Below, piece after piece: positions 19,350 through 28,615 of a stretch of 64,000 nucleotides of DNA. The translations under genes and the position numbers were made by a program. The stretch's first letter is position 1. Every line of letters begins with the position of its first letter. Under the pieces are notes generated by a model. The model worked only from the letters and a program-made list of their open reading frames with translations, did not search any database and was not told where the DNA came from. The stretch covers positions 124,001-188,000 of IMG/VR virus record IMGVR_UViG_3300047472_000309. One strand, written 5' to 3'.

Positions 19350-19600
19350 AGGGTATAAAAAGCGGGGTAGCAGAGCTCGCGTATCGGTGGAGAACGAGCT
19401 GGCAGTCTGCACCCCGTGGACAAACAAAAAAGCAGGAGGGACTCTGATCCGGTGTTGGACAGACCAGCGCTGATAGCCCCTCCCGTCGGAGAACGGGTAA
19501 GAAAAAGCGAAGGCCAGGCAGCAGGCAGGAGGAGGTGAGCCGAGCCACCCGGCCTTCGAGAGGAGACCTCTACAATTGAACAAACAAGGAACAGTCTACT
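19350..19600. ncRNA. candidate structured sRNA
   Basis: several hairpins separated by A-rich linkers; G-U pairs favour the + strand; GGA-rich. Confidence 0.4.
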
Positions 19601-19640
19601 ACCGCACTAAAGCTGCATGCAAAAGACAGCAGCCCGAAAG

Positions 19641-20012
19641 TTAATCGTTAACCTGCCAGCGCTTAGCGGCCGCAATGACTTTGGCGGCGCGTTCTTCTAC
19701 CGGCAGCTCGAGGAGTCGGCGATGCGCAGCAATGTCCGCTTCGGTGTAGGGGATAATCGTTGACTTGCCATCGCCCCACACGGTGCGACCGGGTGCATCC
19801 TGACGGGCTTTGAACCAGCGACCCGCAAGCACTTCGATCGGTGAAAGTTCGTTCAACATCTCACACGCAGTGACCAAGAACGCATTTGATCCTTCCACGC
19901 GTTTTTCGTGTCGGTTCAGTGTCTCGAGCAATACCTCGGGTGACTGCTCAGCTGCCAAGGTGCCGTCTTCAAAAACCGAATGCATGAAAAGACCCATTGC
20001 CACACTCATCAC
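19641..20012 (-). CDS. hypothetical protein
   Basis: 123 aa, AGGAGG RBS. Confidence 0.7.
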   Translation of the reverse strand: MMSVAMGLFMHSVFEDGTLAAEQSPEVLLETLNRHEKRVEGSNAFLVTACEMLNELSPIEVLAGRWFKARQDAPGRTVWGDGKSTIIPYTEADIAAHRRLLELPVEERAAKVIAAAKRWQVND

Positions 20013-20020
20013 GTGCCTCC

Positions 20021-20353
20021 TTAGGCGAAGAATTGCACAGCCAGTAAACGAATCCGGTTAATACGCATGTTCGTACCCGCAGCGCCCATTTTCCAGTCCG
20101 ACAGGATTTGAGGCGAGGGATGCGACTTGCTGTGTTTGAGCAGCCCACACGCCAGGTACTCAATCGGAGCCAGTCCGCCTAAGGTATTCTGGGTGGAGGG
20201 CTTGGTCAGCGCCTGACGCGCAGTGTCCGGAATACCCGGCAAGCTACAGAGCTCATTGAGCAATGTATCCGGATCGCCAATATTCGCATTGGTGAGTTGC
20301 GTGAGCACTTGCGCGCTCTTCCCTACAAACATCTGTTGCCAAGCCGTACCCAT
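20021..20353 (-). CDS. hypothetical protein
   Basis: 110 aa, AAGGA RBS. Confidence 0.65.
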   Translation of the reverse strand: MGTAWQQMFVGKSAQVLTQLTNANIGDPDTLLNELCSLPGIPDTARQALTKPSTQNTLGGLAPIEYLACGLLKHSKSHPSPQILSDWKMGAAGTNMRINRIRLLAVQFFA

Positions 20354-20412
20354 GATCGTGTCCTTGAAAGAGAGGATGAACTACACAAGATTTCATCCTC
20401 CCCCGACGGCCT

Positions 20413-20595
20413 TTAGCGCTCTTTCGGGAACCGACGATTGAGTTCGTTGAACTCCAGATTCAATTGCATTCCCAATTGATGGCGAATCCGCAACAGTCCT
20501 TCTTTGATGATTGTACGGCCTTGTTCGATCTGTTCATCGGAAAGACCTTCGTCATCCAAAAGGTTTGCTGCAACACGTTCGATATCGGCGGCCAT
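20413..20595 (-). CDS. small hypothetical protein
   Basis: 60 aa, AAGGAGG RBS. Confidence 0.6.
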   Translation of the reverse strand: MAADIERVAANLLDDEGLSDEQIEQGRTIIKEGLLRIRHQLGMQLNLEFNELNRRFPKER

Positions 20596-20604
20596 GTCGC
20601 CTCC

Positions 20605-21582
20605 TTAATGCTGCTGGTGGGTACCTTCGACTTCGCGTGCAATGCGCGCTCGCGTACGACGTTGCAAGGCATCGATCGCCGCGTTGATGTGATCCAGCGC
20701 TTCCTGGTTTTCGTCACAGGCGAACTTGCCGTCCTGGAAACCTTGCAGACGATGACCGCACACGGCGAGCAACGATTCGAGCGTCACGCCGTTCTGACCG
20801 ACCTCCGGCACCACACCGTTCTGGAACAGCACGTGCAGATACATGCGCTGACCTGCCCAGTGCTCGCCTGCTGACGCGTTGCTTTCCGTGTCGAAGCCGG
20901 AGAGCTGGTAGCTGTGGTTCGCACCGCTGATTTCGTTGGCGCCATCGCCGACCACCACGACCAATTGCGTATCGGCGCCTTCGACGAGATGCCGAGTAAT
21001 CACAGCGCCGCGTTGACGACCCAGCGCGCGTGCTTCGGCTGCTTCTTCCGTGGCCGGATCACCTTGACGATAATTGGCTTCCGCGTCCGTTTCGTACGCG
21101 GCCGTGACGATCACGTCTTCGAGCGGCACGTCTTGATGAAAGCCCTTGCTACCCGTACGCATACGACGAATTTCGTCGATCACTTCTTGACCGGCCACGA
21201 CTTGGCCGAACACGCAGTAGCCCCAGCCTTGTGGCGTGGCCGACGTATGGTTCAGGAACTCGTTGTCGCGCACGTTGATAAAGAACTGCGCGCTCGCCGA
21301 ATGCGGATCGTTGGTGCGTGCCATCGCGATCGAATACGCGATGTTCTTCAGACCGTTGTCCGCTTCGTTGCGAATCGGCGCGTCCACCGTCTTTTGCTTC
21401 ATGCCGGGTTCGAAACCGCCGCCCTGGACCATGAAGCCATCGATCACGCGATGGAAGATCGTGTTGGTGTACTGACCCTTGTGCACGTAAGCGAGGAAAT
21501 TTGCGACAGTCTTGGGGGCGCGCTCATCGTCGAGCTCGACGAGGAAGTTACCCTTGTTGGTTTCGAATAGGACGTGTTTCAT
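20605..21582 (-). CDS. ppiB: cyclophilin-type PPIase fused to a Tad1-like anti-Thoeris/CBASS sponge domain
   Basis: aa 1-163: [40 protein letters not shown]; C-terminus: GANHSY...FQNG...[36 protein letters not shown]...[14 protein letters not shown], matching the Tad1 pattern. Confidence 0.85.
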   Translation of the reverse strand: MKHVLFETNKGNFLVELDDERAPKTVANFLAYVHKGQYTNTIFHRVIDGFMVQGGGFEPGMKQKTVDAPIRNEADNGLKNIAYSIAMARTNDPHSASAQFFINVRDNEFLNHTSATPQGWGYCVFGQVVAGQEVIDEIRRMRTGSKGFHQDVPLEDVIVTAAYETDAEANYRQGDPATEEAAEARALGRQRGAVITRHLVEGADTQLVVVVGDGANEISGANHSYQLSGFDTESNASAGEHWAGQRMYLHVLFQNGVVPEVGQNGVTLESLLAVCGHRLQGFQDGKFACDENQEALDHINAAIDALQRRTRARIAREVEGTHQQH

Positions 21583-21626
21583 GACGGAGTGTTATGGTTG
21601 TAAGTGTAGCGTGTGGCCGAGAGGCC

Positions 21627-22385
21627 TTAAACCGGGTGATACTCGGGCGAAGTCCGATAGCGCGAGGCGAGCGTGTCAGCTGCAACAGCCTGCAGGTTTT
21701 CCTGCGAGACATACTTGGGTGCACGCAATTCGTTCACGCGATCTGCGTCCAAATCGTAACCGACCAGTCCCACCTGTTCCAGCGCGATCCGGGTCAGGTC
21801 CTGGTGGATCTGTTTACGAATCGCTTCTTCTTGTAGCGAAGGCGCATCGGGAAACGTAAAGAGTGCCTCGATGTGCGACGTGTAAAAGAAGGTGTCGGCG
21901 AGTTCGAGGTTGATACTGCCGCCGATCTTGGCTTCCAGCGTGATCTTGATCCCAGCAGATGTAAACGGGTCAAGCACGTTCAGGATCTTCCCATGCACAT
22001 CGCGCGTGTAGCTATCGATGGTCGTCGAGAACGTCACGCCGCCTTCAAGCTCAACCGTGCGGTAATTACTGCGCGTGTACTTGAGCGGCGCATTGACTTC
22101 TGCGCGGATGTACTGATCGCCGACTTTCACGTAGACGTTTTCCAACAGCGCCTTGTGACTGATAGCGTCCGTCACACCCAACGGCGATGTCTCCAGCAAA
22201 CTTTCTGTTTGGCCCACGCCGAGAATCGAGAACTGTTGGCCGAACCGATACGGCGCCGTCGACAACGAGTCGTTGTCGATTTGAACGATGTGTTGCAATT
22301 CTCCCACCAAAAGTCGCTCGACTTCCGGCCGATACAACGGAACAATCCGCACCGCGCGGAACCGTTTAAAATGTTGCGCTTCCAT
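21627..22385 (-). CDS. truncated paralog of phiKZ-like major capsid protein (putative)
   Basis: IVPLYR, TAPYRFGQQFSILGVGQTESLLET...TDAI, GSINLELADT, VGYDLDADRVN resemble, from memory, the central part of Chimalliviridae major capsid proteins. Confidence 0.5.
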   Translation of the reverse strand: MEAQHFKRFRAVRIVPLYRPEVERLLVGELQHIVQIDNDSLSTAPYRFGQQFSILGVGQTESLLETSPLGVTDAISHKALLENVYVKVGDQYIRAEVNAPLKYTRSNYRTVELEGGVTFSTTIDSYTRDVHGKILNVLDPFTSAGIKITLEAKIGGSINLELADTFFYTSHIEALFTFPDAPSLQEEAIRKQIHQDLTRIALEQVGLVGYDLDADRVNELRAPKYVSQENLQAVAADTLASRYRTSPEYHPV

Positions 22386-22426
22386 TTACTGTCCTTCTTC
22401 TTGGTTTTAGTGACGCACTCCACAGA

Positions 22427-22901
22427 TCGCTCTTTGACACTTCTCTGTCTTACCGTCCTTCTTTCGATTAAAGCGGTAGTCCTCAACAGAGTCGTCGACA
22501 CGTGAGGACGTGTCGTTTGGACCAAAGAACTTTCTGCAGGCTGCGTCCCTTACTTAGTCATCGACTTATCGTTGGCTTGCGAGTCCAACCTTACGTCGCC
22601 TTTTCGTTTCAGGGTACAACTTGCCTTAACTCCGGTAGCACCGTAAGTCTTAGCCGTACGATTTGATTCAACGTATCAACTTGGCGGTATCTCGCTGATG
22701 TGAAGGCGCCACACGGGCGACACCTCACCTCCTAGTAGGATCGTGAACCTACTGCTCTGAGGGGGAGTGAGAGCTTCCCCCTTTCGCGGGCGTTACACCC
22801 ACGAATTACCAATCGTCCCTTGAGAAGGGTGTCTTAACAGATGGACGATTGATAACCGTTGCCGACTTGCACGGCTCATCAGAGAGCTTACTACAGAGCG
22901 A
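22427..22901 (-). ncRNA. candidate large structured ncRNA (~475 nt)
   Basis: ends pair (TCGCTCT/AGAGCGA); many internal stems with minus-strand G-U pairs; no credible ORF. Confidence 0.6.
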
Positions 22902-23207
22902 CTACGCAACCCGGAAAATGGGATTGTCTGCGTCACGCATGCGCTTCAGAAAATCGCGATGACCGTGACGCTTGAGTTGACCTTCCAAGAGGTCAGCCGC
23001 TTCAAAGCACTCGATCATCTTGCTTTCAATGACCGTTGCCACCGAGCCCTTGCACTTCTCATCGGACTCCAACGACGTGCGCAGCTGATACGCTTCAGAG
23101 CGCGTCGTTTCAATCGCAATCCACAGTGCTTCTGAATAAGCACGTGAATATTCGATCGGTTTAAAGTTGTTGTCGTTCACGATTATCCTGTTTGATCTGA
23201 ACAGCAT
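22902..23207 (-). CDS. hypothetical protein
   Basis: 101 aa ORF. Confidence 0.6.
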   Translation of the reverse strand: MLFRSNRIIVNDNNFKPIEYSRAYSEALWIAIETTRSEAYQLRTSLESDEKCKGSVATVIESKMIECFEAADLLEGQLKRHGHRDFLKRMRDADNPIFRVA

Positions 23208-23324
23208 GACTCTTCCAGATTATGCCGCACCTCAGTAAGTTTTCCTATTCTATTGTTTTCTTTAATAAATCACCATTCTTACGGCATAAAGGCAGGACCG
23301 TAGCCCCGCCTTTATCAGAGGCGC

Positions 23325-23684
23325 TTAGGCGCCTGCTTGTGCTTCGCCGCCTTCCGAGGACGGCGTGCCGTTGGCAGCATGCGTGGTGCTGTCAGCCGGA
23401 ACCGCGTAGCCGACTGCCGTCACGAACGGACCCGATGCCGGAGGTGCTTCACCCGCGTCGACGAACGGAACGTTGTTGGTCGCCCACGCGCCCGACGGGG
23501 TCTGCTTCGTTTGTGCCGGGTTCTTGATCGCGACGTTCACGCGCGAGCCGCCGGTCAGGACCTTGACGATCGTGCAGGGCAGCGGTGCGATGTTGGTGAC
23601 GGTAGCACCCGTGCCGTCCAGACCCAATGCGGGCGACGTGAATTGCGGGAAGTACTGAGCGGCGGTGTTATTTGCTGCGGGCAT
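23325..23684 (-). CDS. hypothetical protein, paralog of 23742..24203
   Basis: shared PL..TI..V....VN and NVP(F/Y).D motifs. Confidence 0.7.
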   Translation of the reverse strand: MPAANNTAAQYFPQFTSPALGLDGTGATVTNIAPLPCTIVKVLTGGSRVNVAIKNPAQTKQTPSGAWATNNVPFVDAGEAPPASGPFVTAVGYAVPADSTTHAANGTPSSEGGEAQAGA

Positions 23685-23741
23685 GGATCACTCCAGTTAA
23701 GAATGGGAAAAGGCTACTGCATGTGTGCCGAACCGAAAAGC

Positions 23742-24203
23742 TTAGTTCGGATCTTGCGCGACCGGGGTTTCCGGAGCCTCGACGGGCGTACCCGTCTCGT
23801 CGGCCATGATCTTGACCGGTGCGTAAGGCTGCGCACTGTCTTCCGGGTTGGCCGGGGGATTGATCGGCGAGAGCGGCATGTTCCAGCCTGCCTTCTGATA
23901 CGGCACCGTCTTGGGCGGCGGGAAGGCCGGAGCGTCGTTCGGGTCCACACAATAACCACCCACGCCAGGGATGATGTTTGTGTAGGGACGCGCTGCGTAT
24001 TCGCTATCGAAGTACGGCACGTTCTTCAGCATATACTGGCGACCCGTGGGGCCCGTGACCGTCAGGTTCACTTTGAGCGTCGGACCCACGTAACGGATCG
24101 TAGCGCTCAGCGGCGTGATCGCTTCGATCGCATTGAGGTCAGCCAGCTGACCTCCGCGTTCCGGATAGAACTGGACCGCTTGGCCGATTGTCGGTGCACC
24201 CAT
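23742..24203 (-). CDS. hypothetical protein, paralog of 23325..23684
   Basis: PTIGQAVQFYP...PLSATI...VNLTV phage family. Confidence 0.7.
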   Translation of the reverse strand: MGAPTIGQAVQFYPERGGQLADLNAIEAITPLSATIRYVGPTLKVNLTVTGPTGRQYMLKNVPYFDSEYAARPYTNIIPGVGGYCVDPNDAPAFPPPKTVPYQKAGWNMPLSPINPPANPEDSAQPYAPVKIMADETGTPVEAPETPVAQDPN

Positions 24204-24316
24204 CAGATCCCCCAGAGCAGAAACGGGTTGAACAACGCCATCGATTGGAGCATGGCGCGCTGTGTGACGCCATTCATTAGCATGGCGTACGTCATGAAAG
24301 ACATGTCAGATTCCTT

Positions 24317-24661
24317 TTATTGACCACCGCGAAACTCGGGCGGCGGCATGGGGACTTCGGAGTTTTGCTTCAGCCTCACGCCCCAGGCTGCAGCGAGTGC
24401 TTGGCCCGAGATCGCTACGCAGCCACCCGAGAAGGCGAGGCTGTTAAACGAGTGATTCTTCAGCGTGTCGTAGATCGTGAGCGCGATGAAGACAAAGCCA
24501 CACAGCAGCACAAATCCGTAACCAATCAGACGGGCCGGGTCGTAGTCACCGTTCCAGTTCTGGAACATGTCGCCGAATGTCTTGGCGATCAAGGCGCGCG
24601 TTTGTTTCATCGTGAGCTTGTCACGCAGCCATTTCAAGAAGGCCAGGAATTTGGCGCTCAT
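24317..24661 (-). CDS. small 2-TM membrane protein (holin-like)
   Basis: two hydrophobic segments, 114 aa. Confidence 0.55.
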   Translation of the reverse strand: MSAKFLAFLKWLRDKLTMKQTRALIAKTFGDMFQNWNGDYDPARLIGYGFVLLCGFVFIALTIYDTLKNHSFNSLAFSGGCVAISGQALAAAWGVRLKQNSEVPMPPPEFRGGQ

Positions 24662-24672
24662 GTTAGTTTCCT

Positions 24673-25089
24673 TTATTGATCGTGCGGCGGAAAGTCCTCG
24701 AGCGGAATCGTGACTCCTGCCAGCTTATGGGTCGAATCACCACAGTACACGAGATAGCCGCCAGTGATAAAGTAGTGGCATACCACATCCACTATTTGCT
24801 CATAATGATCGGGCTTTCGCGTGGGCAAGTCGAGCCGCTCGTCAAAGCGTCGCGTATACCGTAGCAGCAGCGACGGATGGCAGGTAAGTTGTTCGTTAAA
24901 TTGACCATTCCACGTCCAGACCGGATGCGGGTGGGCTTGAAGCTGCTGCGCAATATAAACCACATGGTTCATATCACACGCAGGACAGTGGTGAACAATT
25001 CCGATTCGATGATTCGGATCTTTCGAATCGACCAGCCAGCGCAACTTCTTCGAGTCAGTCATGATCCTCCGTCCATACTGCGACGCCAT
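24673..25089 (-). CDS. DUF6527-like Cys/His metal-binding protein
   Basis: HCPACDMNH...WTWNG...PSLL...CHYFITGG...CGDSTHKLAG. Confidence 0.7.
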   Translation of the reverse strand: MASQYGRRIMTDSKKLRWLVDSKDPNHRIGIVHHCPACDMNHVVYIAQQLQAHPHPVWTWNGQFNEQLTCHPSLLLRYTRRFDERLDLPTRKPDHYEQIVDVVCHYFITGGYLVYCGDSTHKLAGVTIPLEDFPPHDQ

Positions 25090-25165
25090 AAAGCCAAAAA
25101 AAAAAAAGATGGGGTAAGAGGAGGTGAGTCAGAGACCCGAAGGCATCTGACTCACAGAATGAAGC

Positions 25166-25522
25166 TCACGCTGGCATGCAGCAAAGCTCCTGGCCTAAGA
25201 GGATGTGATTAAAGCGCTGAGCCACGCTGTCTTGCGCTGCATACAGCCACTGGATGCACTGCAAACACATGTAACCCAGCACTGCCATCGCGGTAATGGG
25301 TAGGCCCACGAACCAGGCGCCAAAGGCGAGGAAGGTGTAGACGAGCACCGCGATGACCATCTCCGTACCAGGGATGAGGTTTGCCGAGAGGAAGGACTTT
25401 TGGAGCCAGACCGTCAGCTTGCTTTGGGGATCTTGGATCGTGAGCGAGACGAGCGCCCTCACGACCCAGAACGCGACCAGCGCAACGAAGACGACCAGAC
25501 CGATTGCGTATGCGATGGCCAT
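25166..25522 (-). CDS. small membrane protein
   Basis: about 3 hydrophobic segments. Confidence 0.7.
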   Translation of the reverse strand: MAIAYAIGLVVFVALVAFWVVRALVSLTIQDPQSKLTVWLQKSFLSANLIPGTEMVIAVLVYTFLAFGAWFVGLPITAMAVLGYMCLQCIQWLYAAQDSVAQRFNHILLGQELCCMPA

Positions 25523-25530
25523 GATAATGT

Positions 25531-25884
25531 TTAGTGAACAGTGGGGGATTGGGGGCTAACCGGTTGAATCGTGAGGGTAGCGGCCTCATCGAGGATAGCC
25601 TTCAGGTCTTTCTCGGTGTCTTTAATCACGGCTTGCATCATGAGGTCCAGAAAACCCATGCCGAGATCCAGCGTCGCATTGATGGCCTTTTCAGCGAAGA
25701 TGCGATCCTGAGCCGTCGAGTCGTACTCGCAGGTGCCGTGCACGAGCGTGAGTTCACGACGATTCGCTTCGGCCTTCTTTTCGTTGGCGTAGGACACGTT
25801 CAAGTAGATCACGTAGGCAAACATACCCACGAGCATGGCGCTCGGAACGATGGCGGAAAGGTTAGCGTGGATGAAGTTCAGCAT
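25531..25884 (-). CDS. small membrane-anchored protein
   Basis: N-terminal TM segment, AGGAG RBS. Confidence 0.7.
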   Translation of the reverse strand: MLNFIHANLSAIVPSAMLVGMFAYVIYLNVSYANEKKAEANRRELTLVHGTCEYDSTAQDRIFAEKAINATLDLGMGFLDLMMQAVIKDTEKDLKAILDEAATLTIQPVSPQSPTVH

Positions 25885-25984
25885 GATAAGACTCCTGACA
25901 AAGATTGATCAACTCATGGAAAACGCAGGGGAGCCCGAACTCCCCTGCGGGCACTACCGCACTACTGTACTACTGCCGCAACCC

Positions 25985-26191
25985 TTAGGCTGCCGCGGCT
26001 TGTGCGCCATTGGCGTCGTTGCCTGCTTCCTTGACCGACGACATCTTCGAGTCGATGGTCTTGGCGGCTTTCTTCGCTGCGCTACGGCGACGCAGGGCCT
26101 GGATGCCCTTGTAGCCACCGAAGCCGACGCCTGCGCCACCGATAACACCACCAGCGATGATTGCGATCTTGATTGCGAGTGCTTGATTCAT
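25985..26191 (-). CDS. small membrane-anchored protein
   Basis: Gly-rich TM segment then basic tail. Confidence 0.65.
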   Translation of the reverse strand: MNQALAIKIAIIAGGVIGGAGVGFGGYKGIQALRRRSAAKKAAKTIDSKMSSVKEAGNDANGAQAAAA

Positions 26192-26416
26192 GGTAAAGCT
26201 CCTATAACGGTTTAAAGTAACTACCTGTTGTACTACGGGGGTGCACGCTCTTAAGCGACGTGCTTACTGTCGCCGAGTCATCAGCGAAAACCAGACCAGC
26301 AAAGTCAAAACCAGAAAGACAGTCCACTTGCCACTACGTTTCTTGGCCATGATTACATCACGATCAAGATGTAGATGATCGCGGCCAGAAAGAGGATCTT
26401 CTTCATGATGCGCTCC

Positions 26417-26752
26417 TTAGAAGGAGAAGCTCGCGAACTTCTTGGAGGTGCTTTCCTTAAGTTCACCGAGCTTACGGTTAAGAATCATCACGGCCCCGAC
26501 GACGACCGTGAACCCCATCACTGCGGCGAAGATGCGATAGTCGGCATGCACGAGCGAGATGATCGCCGCACCCACAATACCGGCGTTCAGGATCTCGCTT
26601 TCGCCTGCGGTCTTTTGTGCGTGGTGAAACATAGCGCGCACACGCTCCACGCTCGGGTTCTTCGCAGAACGGGTATGGAAGTTGTACCACACGCCCATGG
26701 CGAACGAGATCATGCCGATGATTTGCAAAACGATGAAGAGGGTTTCGAACAT
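26417..26752 (-). CDS. small membrane protein
   Basis: start MFETLF after AAGGAG. Confidence 0.7.
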   Translation of the reverse strand: MFETLFIVLQIIGMISFAMGVWYNFHTRSAKNPSVERVRAMFHHAQKTAGESEILNAGIVGAAIISLVHADYRIFAAVMGFTVVVGAVMILNRKLGELKESTSKKFASFSF

Positions 26753-26807
26753 GACGTTCTCCTTTAAGCGATGTGGAATGAAGGGCAGCTCATAACCGCC
26801 CGAAAGT

Positions 26808-27185
26808 TTACTGCGCGAAGTCTTCCCCTTTCGGCCAATGCCAGGCCGGGGGATCATTCGGTTGATGGTCGACATCTCGCTCCGCAATATCGATCCAGTT
26901 CTGAATCGTCACGTACGAGATAAGGCAGCACACCAGTGCCAGTCCCAGGAAGATCGCGAGCAGATGCAGCTCGACGTACACGGCACCCGCGAAGAGCACC
27001 ATGAGGAGTAACGTGGTGAGTACCGACGGACGGCGCGTCACGTTGTAGTCCTCCAGGTTCTTCTGGGCGCTGGCGTAACGCCGGGCGAGTTCTTCGTTGG
27101 ACATCTCGTCTTCAGACTTGATCAAGCCCAGCCATGTGGCGACACGCACGACTACCTTTTTCAAGGCACGGAAAATATGCTTCAT
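26808..27185 (-). CDS. small membrane protein
   Basis: two TM segments, AAGGAGG RBS. Confidence 0.7.
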   Translation of the reverse strand: MKHIFRALKKVVVRVATWLGLIKSEDEMSNEELARRYASAQKNLEDYNVTRRPSVLTTLLLMVLFAGAVYVELHLLAIFLGLALVCCLISYVTIQNWIDIAERDVDHQPNDPPAWHWPKGEDFAQ

Positions 27186-27212
27186 GATAACCCTCCTTAG
27201 GGTCGAGTGAAG

Positions 27213-27590
27213 TTAAGCAACCGCAGCTTCCGCCGCGAGATCCATCGGCACGGCATTCTTGCCAGCGATGTGCATCGTAATGGCGTGCTCGATACCGCGC
27301 GCGAGCGCCCCTGCAGCAAAGAGGCCGATGAACGCGGCTGTGAAGGCCCAGCCTGCTGCGAGGACCAGACCCATGATCAGATACAGAACGGCCGCACGCA
27401 TAAACGCCGGGGAGAACTTACGGCCACGCAATCGCTCGCGATCCATCTTGACATTCGCTGCTGCAATCTCCACCACGCGCTTGTGAATCGGCGCCTTCTT
27501 GAACTTATCGAGGCCTGTGATGGCGCTCCAGGCAAAGATCACCGCGAGAATAACGAAGACCACAAAGTAATAGACGACGAGTGCGACCAT
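27213..27590 (-). CDS. small membrane protein
   Basis: TM-basic linker-TM-TM layout. Confidence 0.7.
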   Translation of the reverse strand: MVALVVYYFVVFVILAVIFAWSAITGLDKFKKAPIHKRVVEIAAANVKMDRERLRGRKFSPAFMRAAVLYLIMGLVLAAGWAFTAAFIGLFAAGALARGIEHAITMHIAGKNAVPMDLAAEAAVA

Positions 27591-27624
27591 GGTGTTCTCC
27601 TAGACCAACGAAAAAGTGAGTGAC

Positions 27625-27990
27625 TTAGTACGCGTACACGCCTGCTTGATCGACAGCGTCGTTGTGACGCACGACGCGATGCATGAGCAGCTTGCGGATC
27701 AGCGCCGAGGTCGCATCACCCGCATACCAGACACACAGCGCAGCGGCGCCGTAAAAGCCCACCAGGCCGAGGAACACGCCGAACACAAAGAAGAACGAGG
27801 CGAAGCCCAGATCGAAGTCGATCGAACCCGCTACCGAAAGACGCTCTTTGGTGCGCTCGATTTCACGGGCTTGGTCAGCCGGGTCTTTCTTCAAGAACTT
27901 CTTGTAGGCAGCGATAGCGCCGCGCGCTTTGATCGCGCCGATGATCAACATGGTGAGAGCGAGGATAGCAACGAAGAGAGCGACGGACAT
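27625..27990 (-). CDS. small membrane protein
   Basis: start MSVALF after ACAAGGA; same layout. Confidence 0.7.
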   Translation of the reverse strand: MSVALFVAILALTMLIIGAIKARGAIAAYKKFLKKDPADQAREIERTKERLSVAGSIDFDLGFASFFFVFGVFLGLVGFYGAAALCVWYAGDATSALIRKLLMHRVVRHNDAVDQAGVYAY

Positions 27991-28019
27991 GATGGGTTCC
28001 TTGTAATCAGTAATGTGGG

Positions 28020-28397
28020 TTAAGCGGCAGCGACATTCAAGCCACGACCCGTTTGCCAGAAGCGGATCAGGTGGATGTCCTTGAGTTGCTCCAGGAAATC
28101 CGCGAAGCAGCAGGCAAAGCAGAAGGTGAAGAAAAGCGAGGTGAGCGTGAAACCACCCATCGCACACACCAGGGCGAGCGCCGCCGCGATCATGAAGTAG
28201 CTCGCGTCAGGCAGCGGATCGTTGTCGATCTGCACCGACAGACCCTTCGCAGCCAGGCGCACTTTCTTGATCTCGATGTACGACTCGCAGAATTCTTGCG
28301 ACTGCACGGCCAACAGTTTCTTGGCTTCTTCCATGTTGAAAGCGAAGAGCACGAGCAGCAGCGCTGCGATCACGAACAAGGCGAAGAGAACGATCAT
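28020..28397 (-). CDS. small membrane protein
   Basis: same TM-linker-TM-TM layout. Confidence 0.7.
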   Translation of the reverse strand: MIVLFALFVIAALLLVLFAFNMEEAKKLLAVQSQEFCESYIEIKKVRLAAKGLSVQIDNDPLPDASYFMIAAALALVCAMGGFTLTSLFFTFCFACCFADFLEQLKDIHLIRFWQTGRGLNVAAA

Positions 28398-28411
28398 GGT
28401 GCTGCTCCTAA

Positions 28412-28585
28412 TTAGTAGGCGGTGGACTGGTAGCCGGATTCAGCAGCATACGCGTCGAGGAAGGTTGCCGTATTGCGGATGGCGTTATCGATCATCCACA
28501 ACACAAGCGAGATCGTCAGGCACACAGCCAGCGGCAGAATGACCATCAGTGCGAAGAGCACCAGAATGAAACCGAGGACTTCCAT
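28412..28585 (-). CDS. 57-aa membrane peptide (not in ORF track)
   Basis: MEVLGFILVLFALMVILPLAVCLTISLVLWMIDNAIRNTA..., AGGAAG upstream. Confidence 0.6.
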   Translation of the reverse strand: MEVLGFILVLFALMVILPLAVCLTISLVLWMIDNAIRNTATFLDAYAAESGYQSTAY

Positions 28586-28615
28586 GGCAGTTGCTTCCTA
28601 GAAAGAGTGAGAGAG

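Noticed and set aside
22850-22890. Hammerhead ribozyme (minus strand CTGATGA-GCCG-loop-CGGC)
   Set aside because: The required GAAA after stem II is absent (it reads AAC), and I could not find stems I/III with a cleavage triplet.
25096-25107. A12 homopolymer as a phase-variation tract
   Set aside because: It is intergenic and lies downstream of a hairpin on the minus strand, so it is best explained as a terminator U-tract.
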